Notes: generated from the sequence alone by a model not told the origin. Shown: positions 1 to 13,300, counted from the whole stretch's first letter. The stretch is 63,685 nt of DNA, filler included, from Collodictyon triciliatum (GCA_043381765.1; 13 parts of 13 records of this genome joined end to end with filler, not necessarily neighbours in it); one strand, 5' to 3'. Program-made: numbers and translations.

Positions 1-247
1 TTTTGTTTCTTTTTTGTTTCTTTTTTGTTTCTTTTTATTTTCTTTTTATTTTCTTTTTATTTTCTTTTTATTCCTTTTTTATTCCTTTTTTATTCCTTTT
101 TTATTCCTTTTTTATTCCTTTTTTATTCCTTTTTTATTCCTTTAATTTTAGTTGCTATGAGAAAATAATCACTATCCTTTTTATTTTAGTTTAATTTTCC
201 TCTCTTTCTTACAGGTAAAGAGCCGGATCTGACCTTGAAATCCAGGA

Positions 248-846
248 ATGAATGCCCCGTATGTTTTGAAAAGACTTAAACTCCTATATACCCCCCGCTG
301 CTTATTCCTGGTCAAACACTTGGACATACATCCCTCCATCCTCTTGAGTATCTCTACATAACTGAATAATGATTTTACTCACCTTCGCGTATTGCTATAC
401 TGATGTTATTTGGCTTCATAATCATTTTCTCGGCTACAATTTCATGATCCGCCGAACTAAGACGTGAACGCCAGCTGAAATTGCTCACTGAGAAGTATAA
501 GGGGATTCAAGTAGTCGTCCCAAACATCGAGTACATGCTCATGGAACATACTGGCCTAATGGCTTTACAATTTAACATGTTTGTGCAACACAATGATATC
601 GATGTTTTTTCCCTTCTTGAAACTCTTTCAAAGGAGCTTTCCCAAGAGACCGTGGGCGCACAAAAGCCAATCTGTGGTTTCTACTTCGACATATATATAT
701 TGCTATCATCCATGTTTTAGTCTGTGAGGAAACATTTTACCTCACAACAACACAGTAAACTGCCTCCAGGATTCCCCACAGCCGCTCCAATTATTACTAC
801 CGTGCCTCCCATGGTCCACCATATCACTGACGAGACAGGGGTATAG

Positions 847-879
<33 letters not shown>

Positions 880-3280
880 CATTATCATTATCATTATCAT
901 TATCATTATCATTATCATTATCATTATCATTATACATCGGTATTGACAGTCTGTGACACGTATTGGAAATGTTTAACAAAGTAGTGTTTAACTATGGCTC
1001 AATATCCACAGCGAATTACCAAGTTGCCTATCCTCGAACGATGGAGCGCCCAGAACACAATTCCTCAGGTGATTGATCAAGCCAAAGATGCGTTTACAAA
1101 AACTCCGCCGCAACCAAGAAATCCCCATATGGCACCGTTTGTCTTTCACTATGTTATTCTTCAAGTCAAGAACTCCATAAACTTTATCTATAAAACTAAC
1201 TGTTTACCCATCATTCAACATGTCATATTAGTAAATGTAATTTCATCCTCTATGTTTGTGCAAAAAGAAATTTATTAAGAACAAGGCTGACCCCACAAAC
1301 AAACAAAAAAAAAAAAAAAACATAAAATTAATTCGCCAACCAAATACGAAGTGCCCATTTACTCATCCCACTCTTGAATTACATTCAGAGGTGGAGGAAA
1401 TTTTTACCCAGCGCCCGGGCAACAGCCAAACATGTACCCCAATCCCGGTCAATATCCTCCAAATGCTTACCCAGGAGCCCCACAGCAACACCAGGGACCG
1501 TATCCCATGTCTGGCATGAACCAACCACAATATCCTCCGGGCTCTAGTACGGCGTACCCGCCAATGAGCGACCCTCGTATGAATCCCGCTAACCGTGGTC
1601 CACAAATGAATCCTTATCACAACCCACCCATGTCAAGCATCCCCAATCCAATCCTGCAACCTCTTCCAGCTCTTGATCCCCAAAAGATTTTGAGTGTCAT
1701 TGATGGGTTAAGGTATATTCCGCTAGTGCAGTATTACTCTCATTCTCAATCACTTTTTGTTTCAGTTTTATATGTATGTGGGTGTGGATATACTATAGTT
1801 CCCTTTCTTTTTTTTTTTTTTAATACTTATCCTAATTTTGTCCTTATTGCCTCGTTTATCGTAATAATGCGGGATGCAGCTTAGAAGAGCTGCAAGAACT
1901 CGATAAGGACGAAGAGAAGCTTAAGGAGCTCATTCTTTCAGAGAAGAGCCTTGTTGAGGCTAAAGCGAAACTAGTTGAAGCAGAGAAAAGTGTTGGAGAA
2001 AAGAAAGGTTTTTTTTTAAAAAAAAAATAATAATAATTACTTTTTGCATTTATAATATATATATAAGGAGAGTAAGTCAGGAAAGGTGTTACTGAGGGAA
2101 TCAGCAATAAATATCTTAAACTCTCCTCTTGGGAGTATCGATGCATACTACCTTTCCAACATGATTGTAGCTAACTCTTTCAGTACTATTGCTGGGAAGA
2201 TGAGAACCTTAATAACTAGTATCCTATAGCTCAATTAGAAAATGAGCAGGAATCATTGCGTACTTTGCAAGCTGAATTGGAAGCTCTCATGGCAGAGTAA
2301 TTAAGACATCAGCATTTTCATACCAATATTATACTTTGATATTAATGAAACCATTCTTTCATTCGCAATTTTCATTATTATTGTTATAATTGTTATTATT
2401 GTTATTATTGTTATTATTGTTATTATTGTTATTATTGTTATTATTGTTATTATTGTTATTATTGTTGTTACTGTTATTGTTACTGTTATTGTTACTGTTA
2501 TTGTTACTGTTATTGTTACTGTTATTGTTACTGTTATTGTTACTGTTATTGTTACTGTTATTGTTATTATTTAAAAAAAAATTCAATGCAGAGAGTCTCA
2601 GCTTAGAGCTTCAAATGAAGAAAAAAACAAGCGTGCGACTGAACTTGAGAGGGTAATAGAATTGACTTGTCGAAATTTTGGCGCAGCTACAGTCACTTTT
2701 CCTCATCTCATAAAGAAAGCCACCATCCCTGCAGCCACTTACCTGATGGCTATACTAACAAATGTTTAACGCTATCACAGCCTCCACCACGCACTTTAGT
2801 CATTCTAATTTTGCATAAACATAAATTTATTTACAGGAACTCCCAAGGAAAATGATTGAAAGACTGGATGAGCTAATTCACTTGGAGAATACCAAAAGCG
2901 AGCACCTTTGTACGCTCACCACACACCAACTCTACATCTTAACTATTGTTATTATTACTTCGAGTAGTTTTTATCCTGTTTTCTTAGATAGTAATCTTCC
3001 GTACATTTAGTGAAAGAATACCTTAGCAACCCTAGCGGAGACTTTAAAGGTTTGAGCCTCAACCAGCAATTTTTTGGCTTTGGTTTTGGTTTTGGTTTTA
3101 TTGATCAATATAAAAATAACAGGAAGAGTAACCATGTATTCTCATTATCTCTTGTGTCGATTGTGTCCTATAGCCTTTTGCGACAGCTACCTCTCCAGCC
3201 GCAAGGCGTACCACCTCCACGAACTCTCGAAAAAGAACCTGAGCAAGGCAAAGATCGAAGTTCAACCTGTGCGAAAGTAA
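248..3280 (+). CDS. VPS37: VPS37A-like ESCRT-I subunit (UEV-like N-terminus, Pro-rich linker, Mod(r) coiled-coil C-terminus), multi-exon
   Basis: GT-AG splicing reconstructs MNAPRERQLKLL..EYML..FNIKLPPGFPTAAPIITTVPPMVHHITD (UEV-like), a Pro/Tyr/Gln-rich linker, LEELQELDKDEEKLKEL and a last exon AFCDSYLSSRKAYHLHELSK (Mod(r) motif F..YL..RK.YH). The start exon is inferred. Confidence 0.75.
848..932. repeat. (ATTATC)n microsatellite in intron
   Basis: Direct reading. Confidence 0.95.
2375..2570. repeat. (TTATTG/TTACTG)n microsatellite in intron
   Basis: Direct reading; produces the spurious poly-N/poly-L ORFs. Confidence 0.95.
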
Positions 3281-3557
3281 ATTCTATCTATCCCCTCTCC
3301 ACGCCCTTCCCCAGCAACGCATTGCTCCCCAGCACAAAAGAAGAGCCAGACTCTACCGAAATAAACAAAAGCAAAAGCAAATCCACGCAAAAGATCTTCG
3401 CCGTTCCTGACAAAACTCACAAGTGGGCAGAAAACAAAGGTGCAACACAACCACTCGAGAACCAAAAGCAAAAAAAAGAAAAAGTTGAAACAAACCAAAT
3501 ATATTCTACATATCAGACACATCCTTGCACTCAAACAGATTTAGTGTTGGGTCGGGC

Positions 3558-4496
3558 TCAGTACTTGACAGCCTTGAAGTGCTTGGAGAATAGGTGGTCC
3601 TGTGCGGTGATTGGGGGGTATTTTGGTGCCTCGCCTTCCTCGGATACGATGCATTCGACCAAGGTGTCAGGGTTTGGGTTGTGGAAGAAGGCGATGGACT
3701 GGCGTCGCGTGTCAATGCCCAGATTCTGGTGCGGATTCACGACACGATGCATGGTGGATTTCCAGCGGTCATTGGTCCAGCGGGCCATCAAATCTCCGAG
3801 GTTGACAACAAACGAGTCCGGGATGCTTGGCACGTCCTGCCAGGAGCCATCCTTGTTCATGACCTGCAACCCACCCGGGGCGTTGTCAGCAAGCAGGATG
3901 GTCAGGCTGCCGTAATCGGTGTGGGCTGAGGCGCGAAGCTGGCCAGGCTCCGGGGCGCGGTCCTGGTGAGGGTAATTAAGGATGCGAATGGCTGACTGGT
4001 TACGGTCCAGCTTGGCCTCGAACCAGTCCTCAGGTAGCTTCAGGGCCAGCGCAAATATGCGCATAAGCTGGGCGGCAAGCTGCTCCATCGTGCGGAAGTA
4101 TCTGGTCACGTGCGGCTGGAAATCCTCCGGCTGCGCGGGCCATGGGATGTCGGCCATATTGAGGCAGATGCTGTAAGTCTCCTTCCAATCGCGGACAGCG
4201 GCCGTCTCTGCCTCCAGGGACCGTGACAAGACCTCGTGCTGCTCGTAGCCGTATGCAAAGTCTGGCCTCATTCCGACCTTCTGCTTCTCGCTGAAGGGCT
4301 GGTCGAAGAAGCTGCGCGAGACATTCCATGCGCCCTCGATGATGTCCTTGGGCACGTTGTGTCCCGTGATGGCCAGGAACCCGACCTTTTCGCACGCAAA
4401 GAGCATGTCCGACACGATTTTGTTGCGCTCTGCACTTCCGACAGGCTGGTTGAACCAGTTCGTGAGGTCGATGACGGGGATGCTTGCTTCTGCCAT
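3558..4496 (-). CDS. 2-oxoglutarate/Fe(II)-dependent dioxygenase (IPNS/DIOX_N family), intronless
   Basis: MAEASIPVIDL..ACEKVGFLAITGHNVP (DIOX_N), LNYP, HTDYG (HxD), STMHRV (distal His), RQS (RxS 2OG binding). Confidence 0.93.
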   Translation of the reverse strand: MAEASIPVIDLTNWFNQPVGSAERNKIVSDMLFACEKVGFLAITGHNVPKDIIEGAWNVSRSFFDQPFSEKQKVGMRPDFAYGYEQHEVLSRSLEAETAAVRDWKETYSICLNMADIPWPAQPEDFQPHVTRYFRTMEQLAAQLMRIFALALKLPEDWFEAKLDRNQSAIRILNYPHQDRAPEPGQLRASAHTDYGSLTILLADNAPGGLQVMNKDGSWQDVPSIPDSFVVNLGDLMARWTNDRWKSTMHRVVNPHQNLGIDTRRQSIAFFHNPNPDTLVECIVSEEGEAPKYPPITAQDHLFSKHFKAVKY

Positions 4497-4599
4497 TGAT
4501 TGTTTTTCTTGTGGAGGCGATGAAAGGCTGCTATCATGAATAAGATAGTTCTTCGTAAGGTATTGTTGCTTGTCGGCTCTTGTTTTTGAAGTCATTATT

Positions 4600-5059
4600 T
4601 GTTTTCACTTTTAATTTGCTGTCTTTTCTTGCTTTGCTTGCTTTTCTTGTTTTCTTGTTTTCTTGTTTTCTTGCTTTTTTTCTTGCTTTTTTTCTTGCTT
4701 TTTTTCTTGCTTTTGTCTTATTTTTTCTTATTTTTTCTTATTTTTTCTTATTTTTTCTTATTTTTTCTTATTTTTTCTTATTTTTTCTTATTTTTTCTTT
4801 TTTTTATTCTTCCTTTCAATTTTGTGCAGGATGGTGTTTCTTATTTTTTCTTATTTTTTCTTATTTTTTCTTATTTTTTCTTATTTTTTCTTGATTTTTT
4901 TATTTTTTGTTTTGTTGTTTTGATGTTTTCTTGTTTTCTTGTTTTCTTGTTTTCTTGTTTTCTTGCTTTCTTGCTTTTTTTCTTGCTTTTTTTCTTGCTT
5001 TTTTTCTTGCTTTTTTTCTTGCTTTTTTTCTTGCTTTTTTTCTTGCTTTTTTTCTTGCT
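4600..5059. repeat. T-rich low-complexity tandem repeats (TTTTTTCTTA / TTTTTTCTTGC)
   Basis: Direct reading; contig end. Confidence 0.9.
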
Positions 5060-5159
5060 NNNNNNNNNNNNNNNNNNNNNNNNNNNNNNNNNNNNNNNNN
5101 NNNTTAATTAATTAANNNNNNNNNNNNNNNNNNNNNNNNNNNNNNNNNNNNNNNNNNNN
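5060..5159. other. Artificial 100-nt contig linker N..TTAATTAATTAA..N (recurs at 10216, 15370, 20524, 25674, 30820, 35968, 40997, 46140, 51282, 56426, 61565)
   Basis: Identical six-frame-stop linker embedded in Ns every ~5.1 kb. Confidence 0.98.
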
Positions 5160-5428
5160 CGCTACTCTGACCGCAAGTGAAGAGAGATGTGGGAATGTGT
5201 CGTGCGATATCTCCCGCAACATATCCAACCCCTGCTACCCACGCAACCAATCAACCAGTTGGGACGCCCTCCTGACCAGCTTGCTATCACTGATTTCTTT
5301 CCAGTGCTAGCCTCTCCACGGTAGTGTCTTCTCCTACTCGCGTTTGCTCTCACCCATGCGCACCTATCTCGCCCCTTTGTATGGCATAACCTTGCTGCAC
5401 TTTGAATCGAATAAAGACAAGAAAAAAA
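5160..5428 (+). mobile_element. 3' end/UTR of a non-LTR retrotransposon (same family as 27791-28325)
   Basis: Closely matches 28065-28325; ends TTTGAATCGAATAAAG plus an A-rich tail. Confidence 0.8.
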
Positions 5429-5607
5429 TACCTTGGAGTGAATGACATGATTCGGAATATCTATTATTAGCAAAATATAAAAAACTGAAAATAAATAATG
5501 AATTGAAAATTGTTGAAAAATAAAGAAAAAAATCAAATACATTACAAGAATGTAAGTTTCTTAAGAGAATGATATAATTATTAATTTATGTTTGTTTAAT
5601 CATTTAT

Positions 5608-8600
5608 TCATTGTGAAAAGGGGTCAAAAGATTGTCTTTTCTTCAGATTTTTCATCTTGACCAATTTTTGCTTGATTTCGCCAATTTTGAATAGAGGAAT
5701 CACAAAAGCGATTGACGCAAAATAAAGCAGCCAGATTGAGTTCATTCCAATAAGCAGAGCTGTAATCCACGATTGCGAGTCGAAAAGAGTCGACATGAGC
5801 GAAAGGAAGAAGGACAAAAAAATAATGTAGAGGCTGGACAACTCCATCTGATTTTCGATTTTCGAGTGGTAAGGCTTATACTCTTTTTGCATCCAAATTG
5901 AGCCCTAATAGTTTGTGCTTGATTTAATATTAATTTTCAAAAATATTTCATGTATTGCACCATATAAATAAATATTTAATCGACCTGAATAACGATGATG
6001 AGAAGCACGAAGAAAACCGCTGGGCTTGTGTATGGAATGACACTGAGCACAAACGAAAAAGCGATGCGGCGTGCGATTATGACAAACTCCCAATACCTGA
6101 AGGTCTATATAACATAACTCATAAATAATTCAAAATTGATAATGGAAAAGAAAGAATATCGAATCACATACCTCTTTGTATGGCAAGTAAAGGAATCCAT
6201 ATCGCGCTCCTGGTTCGTATCCAGGTCTTTCTGCCATGATTTTCACTTTCCACAGTACAAAAGCAGGCAGACCGACCCAGATACCATTTATTCACACCTT
6301 CGTCATAAACGGTGCATCCAAAAACACCAAACACCTCTCTTGCGACCGAGTAGTATATAAAAAACAGAAGATTCAAGGTGATGAAAACAGCCTGCAATAA
6401 AATATTATTTTTTTTTTAGAATTACTAAAGATGAAGCTGAAACAAATATAAAGATTTTACAATTAGATGTATTTTTCCTCCTTACTTTGTTCTGCTTGTG
6501 TCCATATCCGAAATAGTACGTGGCTGAGCCAATAATGATAAAGATTGGTATTCTTGCAAAACTAAAAATCAGGGAAACAAACACATCGTCCACTCCAAGG
6601 ACACACGAAAGGCTGGGAAATTGAATTGAACCAATCGACGATGAGACTTCGACGAAGCTATTTGCATCTTCTGAAAGAACGATTCCACCAGCAACAATCG
6701 ACAGTGTTTGCATGTGGAACATTATTATCCTGAGTTTCGCTACAAAAAAAATATTCTGATTAATAAAGAAAGAATCAAGTGAAATAATTAGTAACATTTA
6801 CCTGATTTTGATGTCTCTGTGAAATACAGATAGCAAATGAACATAAAGAATCCAATCGAACCAAGAACCAGGGTTGAATAAATCGTTCCTTTATCGCATT
6901 TCACACATGACCTCCCTTGATTTCCGTATCCATTCTGACATTTTGAGCAGGCATTACCTTCATAACCCTCTTGACAAAGGTCTGTGATTTCGACCGTCGT
7001 ATTTGAATTCGAAATTTTCTCTGGAATCGATACATCACATGACTCGCGACGTGGACACGGCAGTATTGATTTCACAGAGGTAATGCTTGGTGAAGCATGA
7101 CAGAATTTCAAGGACGTTCCATCAAGGCAATCACATCCTCTTGGGCATTGAACGCAGTTATTTCCAAAACCGAAATATCCAGGTAAGCATTTACAAAATT
7201 CAAATCCGTAGTATTCTGGATTCAAGTCAACCTCTAACTCAATCAGACCAGATTTCGAAATAATGGAAGGACAAAGGTAGCGTTTCGTTTCGTCTTGCAG
7301 ATTGAAACTTGTTGTGAAATTCATGAAATCAGGAAGGAAATTAGCTGTTCCATGATTCATCGATGTTGTATTCAATCCCAAATACTCAAGCTTTGAAAAT
7401 CCTATGTATGATTCAGGAATGCTTTCAACAATCGGATTTCCAGTGAGGTCAAGGGAAGTCCATCTCAATAATTTTGTGAGTTCATCAAGCTTAGTGATAT
7501 TGTTATTTTTAAGATTTAATGTTTTCATGTTAAGAACATAGTCAAAAATCAACCAATTCAATTCCCCAGAGATTTCATTATCATCAAGCAAAAGGTTTTC
7601 ATAGAAATAATCGATATTGTCTGAACGAGGAACTAAGAAAACAGCAATGTCTCCTGAAAACGAGTTGTTTCTCAAGTCAATAGTAACTAGATTTGGCAGA
7701 TTCCAGAATAAATCAGGCATGCTTCCGAACAATTTATTGTGAGATAAAACGAGTGATTTCAGCTCAGGTAATTCCTGAAAATAGGCTGGGACTGTGCCTT
7801 TCATTTTGTTCCAAGACAAATCGATGTATTCAATTGAAGGCAATGACGAGTAATTGGGAACAAAGCCAGTGATTTGGTTTTCACTCACATCTAGTCTTGT
7901 CAGATTCTTCAGATTGAACACCGGTAATGAGCCTGACAACTTATTTCGGAGCAATACTATTTCCTTGATTTTTTCGCAATATTTGAAATCTGGAACATTT
8001 CCCTCCAACTGATTGTCATAAACAGAAAAAATCTCCAGTTTACGCATATTTGAGAAGTTTGGAATCGTGCCTAAAATTACTCATTAAAATTTGAGGAAAT
8101 ATGAAAATCAAAGAAATAGAAAGGGAAAATAATTAGAAATCACCATTCAATCGGTTTCTATCAAGGTAAATTCTTTCTGCATTTGAAATTCCGTTGAAGT
8201 TTGGAACGGTTCCTGTAATTTAACGTTAGTTTGTATTAATAATGCATGAAATAATAAAAACAACATACCATTTAATTGATTGCTGTAAAGATATATTATT
8301 TCAATCTTTGGAATCCTACTGAAGTTTGGAACTGTTCCTGTCATATAAAGTTAGCTTCTTTTTTATATTACATGAAAATAATAATTAAACTTGCCAGTCA
8401 ATTTATTGCTGGAAATATTAATTCCTTCAAGATTTGGAATTCCGTTAAAATTTGGAATGGTTCCTGTAATAAAAAGTTAGCTTTCATCAATAATGCATGA
8501 AATAATAATAAATCTTACCAGTTAATCGATTGCTGTCAAGAGAAATTATTAGAATACTTGAAACTCCATTAAAGTTTGGAACCGTTCCTGTAATGTAAAG

Positions 8601-10215
8601 TTAGCTTTATATATATTACATGAAAGATATAACTAAAATTTACCATTCAATTGGTTGCTGGAAAGAGAAATTCCTAAAATATTTGAAATTCCACTGAAGT
8701 TTGGAACCGTGCCTGTAATGAAAAGTTAATTAATTTTCATCAATAATACATGAAATTATTATAAAAACTTACCACCCAACTGATTTCTGTGAAGAGAAAT
8801 TATTTCAAGATTTGGAACTCCACTGAAGTTTGGAACCGTTCCTGTGGTCTTAAGTTAGTTTTGTATCAATAATACATGAAAGTATAATAAAAAAAATTAC
8901 CATTCAACTGATTGCTGTAAAGATAAATTTCTTCAACATTTGGAATTCCAATGAAGTTTGGAATGGTCCCTGTAATATAAGTTAGTCTTGTACTCATATT
9001 ACATGAAAATAATAATTTAAACTTACCAGTCAACTGATTGGTGTGAAGAGAGATATCTAAAACATTCGGAATACCACTGAAGTTTGGAATCGTTCCTGTA
9101 GTATTAAAATTAGCACTTGTATGCCATCATATTTAATTACATAGAAAACAAACCATGGACATTGCAGCTATAAATTCCAAGAATCTGAAGATTTGGCAAC
9201 GCTGAGAAATCAGGCAGAGTTCCTGAAATGGAAAAATCATTAGAATTCAGAATAAACCTTATAGGAAATCACTCCAAACCTGTAATTTTTTCACTATCGC
9301 CAATGTATAATTTCTTAAGCGACTGTATTTCAGAAAAATCTGGTATTGTTCCTTCCAATTCATTCCCATCAATCTCAATATGTTCAATATTCGGCATTCT
9401 TTGAAAGTCTGGAATCGTTCCTGTGATTCGATTCACATAGAGATTCAAAGACGTAATACTTGGGAGATTAAAGTCTGGAAGATTTCCGTAAATGGAGTTG
9501 TGGCTCATGTCCAAATAATCCAATAATTGAAACTTTTCAAAAATCGCAGAGGCAGCTTCAATGTCACCGTTAAGATTATTTTCAGTCATCCTGATTTCCA
9601 CGATAGAACATGTGTTGCTCTACAAATATAAAGGAAAATATGTTAAGAATGATATCAAAATATATTATTGTCATTTCAAGGAATACCTTATAGTCTTCAT
9701 CTGAACAGCTCTGATGACACGATATTCCATACCAATCACATATCGGAATACTTTCATTCTTCCATCCAGTGTTCCGAAACCAATTATCGCCGCCAAGTGA
9801 ACCGTAAAGTTGGACAAGCAGTTCGTATTGGGTCCCAGGATTTCCATCGGCCACATTTCGACTCTTTTCGTTCTCTAACCCTCGTTTCCTGTTTCTACTT
9901 CGTTTTGATGAATGAATTTCTTGATAAAAATCGGCCTTACTAGATGTTAATTTTCTTCCATAATTCCATTCAGCACCATGTCCATTTTCTAAAGAGTGTT
10001 CTCCATCTTTGCAGCCATTCATCAACCCTGTAAAGTTATCCTCACTCTCTTTTAACAAAGGACAGTTCTCATCGTAGTGGCTCAACAGAATTTGGAACGC
10101 ATCTTCGACTTTCATGGAAAGCAACTCATCTCTTGAATACTGGCATCTGTTTTCCTTATTTGAGTCGAAAGTGTATTTTATAAATATTCATAAATCAACA
10201 CATACCTTTGACGTG
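5608..10215 (-). CDS. LRR receptor-like protein: LRRNT cap, many 24-aa plant-type LRRs, Cys-rich region, multi-pass TM C-terminus (5' truncated)
   Basis: LYGSLGGDNW..NTGW..ICDWYGISC cap; L.L..NQL.GTVPNF LRRs; CKCLPGYFG..CVQCP, CQEGYEGNACSKC; several hydrophobic helices at 5608-6900. Confidence 0.88.
8143..9222 (-). repeat. Tandem array of ~9 units (~125 nt), each one 72-nt LRR exon plus a homologous short intron
   Basis: Recurring AAGTTTGGAACCGTTCCTGT exon edge and AAGTTAGC..ATAATGCATGAAATAAT intron core. Confidence 0.85.
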
Positions 10216-10315
10216 NNNNNNNNNNNNNNNNNNNNNNNNNNNNNNNNNNNNNNNNNNNNTTAATTAATTAANNNNNNNNNNNNNNNNNNNNNNNNNNNNN
10301 NNNNNNNNNNNNNNN

Positions 10316-13300
10316 TTCCTGTCGCCAAGTTGACCGAGGGCGAAATTAAGGATGGTGTCGAATCCTTCCTCATTCGCTATGACAAGACCCTGAGCGAAAA
10401 TCAAGTTGGAATGATTCTGGCTGACCTGGATGATACCGGTGAGACATTTTTTTAAAAGAATATATATTTTGATTAAATCTTATAAGGAATAATTAGTTAT
10501 TCATTCTCTGAATTTTTTATAGGCCATCCGCTCTATTTGCGCATCATTCTGGATGAGGTCAGGGTCTTTGGAGTCTATGAGAAGCTCGATGATGAACTGA
10601 ATACTCTGCTCTCAACCAATGGTGTCATCGAGCTTTACACTCTCATTATTCAGCGCTGGCAATTGAAGTTTGACAGGAAAGGTGAGTATTGATTGTACAT
10701 ATTTCATAAAAAAAAAAGTGCAAATTATAATCGAAATTTTTGTTGAATACTTTTTTAATTGTACAGTCGCCACGTCTGATGGAAAAGAGGCAATGAAGGT
10801 CGAGTACGTCTCCCTCTCGATGAAGGTTCTCTTTGTCTCTCGCATTGGCCTGAGTGAAGGTGACCTGGACAAGTACATGAAAGACGCGATTGGCACAGGA
10901 TTTGAGCTTGCTGAATGGTTTGCTTACTCTTGAATATTATATAATGAATAGGTTTACCCTATCTCATTTTCTTTTTTATTTAAATTATCCTTTTATCCAT
11001 TCAAATAGGAAATCCTTCTTCTTTACCCTCATCGAGTCGCTCTTCGTCCGCAATGGAAGGTTAGTGTTATTTCTCATCCTTTTCGTTCGTTAATCGGTGC
11101 TTTTGTTATAAATTTATTTTGGATGTAAAGCTAACTATTGTCTATCATAGATACATGTACTTCCACCAGCTGCTACTGGAGACCACTGAAATAGTATACT
11201 TCTCCGAAAACCAGGAGATGGGAAAAACGCACGAAAAATACGGAAAATGGCTGTTTGGCCAGTATTCTGAGTCTGCCGACGCGGATGAGGAGCTTGCTGC
11301 TGAGATTTGCTACCAGCTTCTGAAGGGCAGTTCGTTTGACTTGCTTGTGGAATACATGAAGCAAAAACATGTATTTTTTTATTTTTATTTGATTATTTTC
11401 ACTCATAATGAAATGTCATTAACTGATTATTTATATATTTCATAGGTTATCAGCATCATGCTCGGTGGTCGCTATCGCTACGAGTTCTTTACATGCTGGA
11501 GAGCAATCAACGCAAGCGGAGCTGCGAACTACAAGGATGCTTATGGAAGCTTGGCTAAGGTAATTTTACTATATAATTTTAATTTTTTGAAGGTTACTAC
11601 TCACAAATTTAATTATCAATCATGATTTATCTATTAATTATTGTTTTTTTCAGTCTTTGGATAAAGTGGGAGACCTGCTGGTTGGATTTTTCCTGGAGTC
11701 TTTTGAGAACTCGTTCTTGTTGTCTGTTCTGAATGTGCGTCTTGGAAAGCATCAGACAGAAGGTATGCAATTTATTGTTAATTTTGATGAATTTAGGTTA
11801 TTAATATGTTTTATGTATGGAGACGTTCAATAATCTATCAATTTACAGATGCGAAGGCTGCTGATTACCTGAATCTTGGTCGTGTCTACAAGAACCTCCA
11901 AATGTAAAAAAACATAAAAAAAACATTAGTGATTATATATTAATACATGACATGATGTTTTAATGGCAACTTTTCTAAAATAAAATAAAAATAAACAGCT
12001 GGTCTGAGTCCATGGTCTATTACAAGAGATGTCTTGATTCAGTTGAGAAGAATACCGATAATTCCCGGCGTATCGCCACCATTCATGAAGAAATGGGAAT
12101 CATCTATCAGCAACAGGATAAGTAAGGCTCGTTTGCAATTATAAATTAAATCATGAATAATGTTTCAAAAAGGAATTATTCTGATTTGCTTATCATGAAA
12201 TAGGATTGATGAAGCTCTTGATGAATATAAAAAATCACTGGACTTGAGAGTCAAACAACTGGGCGAGAACGACCTGCAAGTGGCCCAGTCACATGACCGC
12301 TTCGGAGACATCTATGTGAAGCAGTCAAAGTAATATTTGAATCATCTATATTCGTTAACATTCTGGTTTTTATTTTGAAAATATATAAGTATGCTGATGA
12401 ATTTGTTATGATAGCAATGAGCAGGCTCTGGTTGAATACACAAAGGCCATGGAAATCCGCCAAAAGAAAGTCGGAAACGAGCATCCTCTTGTCGCAACAT
12501 CGTACCAGAACTATGGCCATGTCTCTCTGGCTGAGAAAAAGTAGCACAGTCATTCGATTCAATGGTTTTAATTATGATAATTTGAAAATATTAATATAAT
12601 TGAATCATCAAGGTATGAAGAGTCTATTAAAAACTACGAAAAGGCGAAATCAATCCTTGAAAAATCGCTGGGAGCTAAGCATGCATCTGTTGCCTCGACA
12701 ATCCAGTTCATTGCAAACGTTCATCTTGCTAGTGAAAAGTTTGGATTTTTAACCTACAGATATTTTCATAAAACAATAATAATTTTCCTATGCTTTTCAA
12801 TTTTTTAAAATGTGTGTTGCTTTCATATTGTTCATTTTTATGGACTCTATTTGGGGTTAATTTTATTATATAATATATTCTAATTAAATAAATATCAAAT
12901 AAATATCTTATATAGGAAAACTGAGGCCTTATCCTCATTAAAGCAATCACTGGATATTTTCATCTCTGCCCTGGGTGAAAATCATCCGAATGTCGTGGCC
13001 TGCTATGAAATGATTGGAGACATCAGCCATGATTTGAAGGAGTATCTCTTTATGACTTATTTAATTTTTAATTAAAAACAATAATTTATTTACTCACATT
13101 TTCCTAGCTTTAAGGGTGCTTTGGAGGCCTATACAAAGACGCTGGATATTCGCATGAGAACATTGAGCGAAAGACATGCTGACTATGCGACTTCCCTGGA
13201 GGATGTTGGCCGAACAAACTTTGAGCTTCAAAGGTAGATTTTTGTATTATTTTAAAATTTTAAATATTTTATTAAAACCAATGAAAATAATAAATATTAA

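Noticed and set aside
403-480. Apparent in-frame TGA (445) before the VPS37 ORF, suggesting readthrough or a variant code
   Set aside because: Explained by a normal intron (donor at 259, AAG acceptor at 461) joining ATG AAT GCC CC to A CGT GAA; V-ATPase B uses TGA as stop.
2359-2656. Poly-N/poly-L, MYVC, poly-S, poly-I and Phe-rich ORFs here and at contig ends
   Set aside because: Translations of microsatellites in introns or at assembly breaks.
3010-3915. 301-aa plus-strand ORF overlapping the oxygenase
   Set aside because: Composite of a VPS37 exon/intron, UTR and the antisense of a GC-rich CDS; no coherent protein.
5060-5159. Regularly spaced TTAATTAATTAA palindrome every ~5.1 kb
   Set aside because: Embedded in Ns and identical each time; an artificial six-frame-stop contig linker. 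Gene neighbourhoods across it are meaningless.
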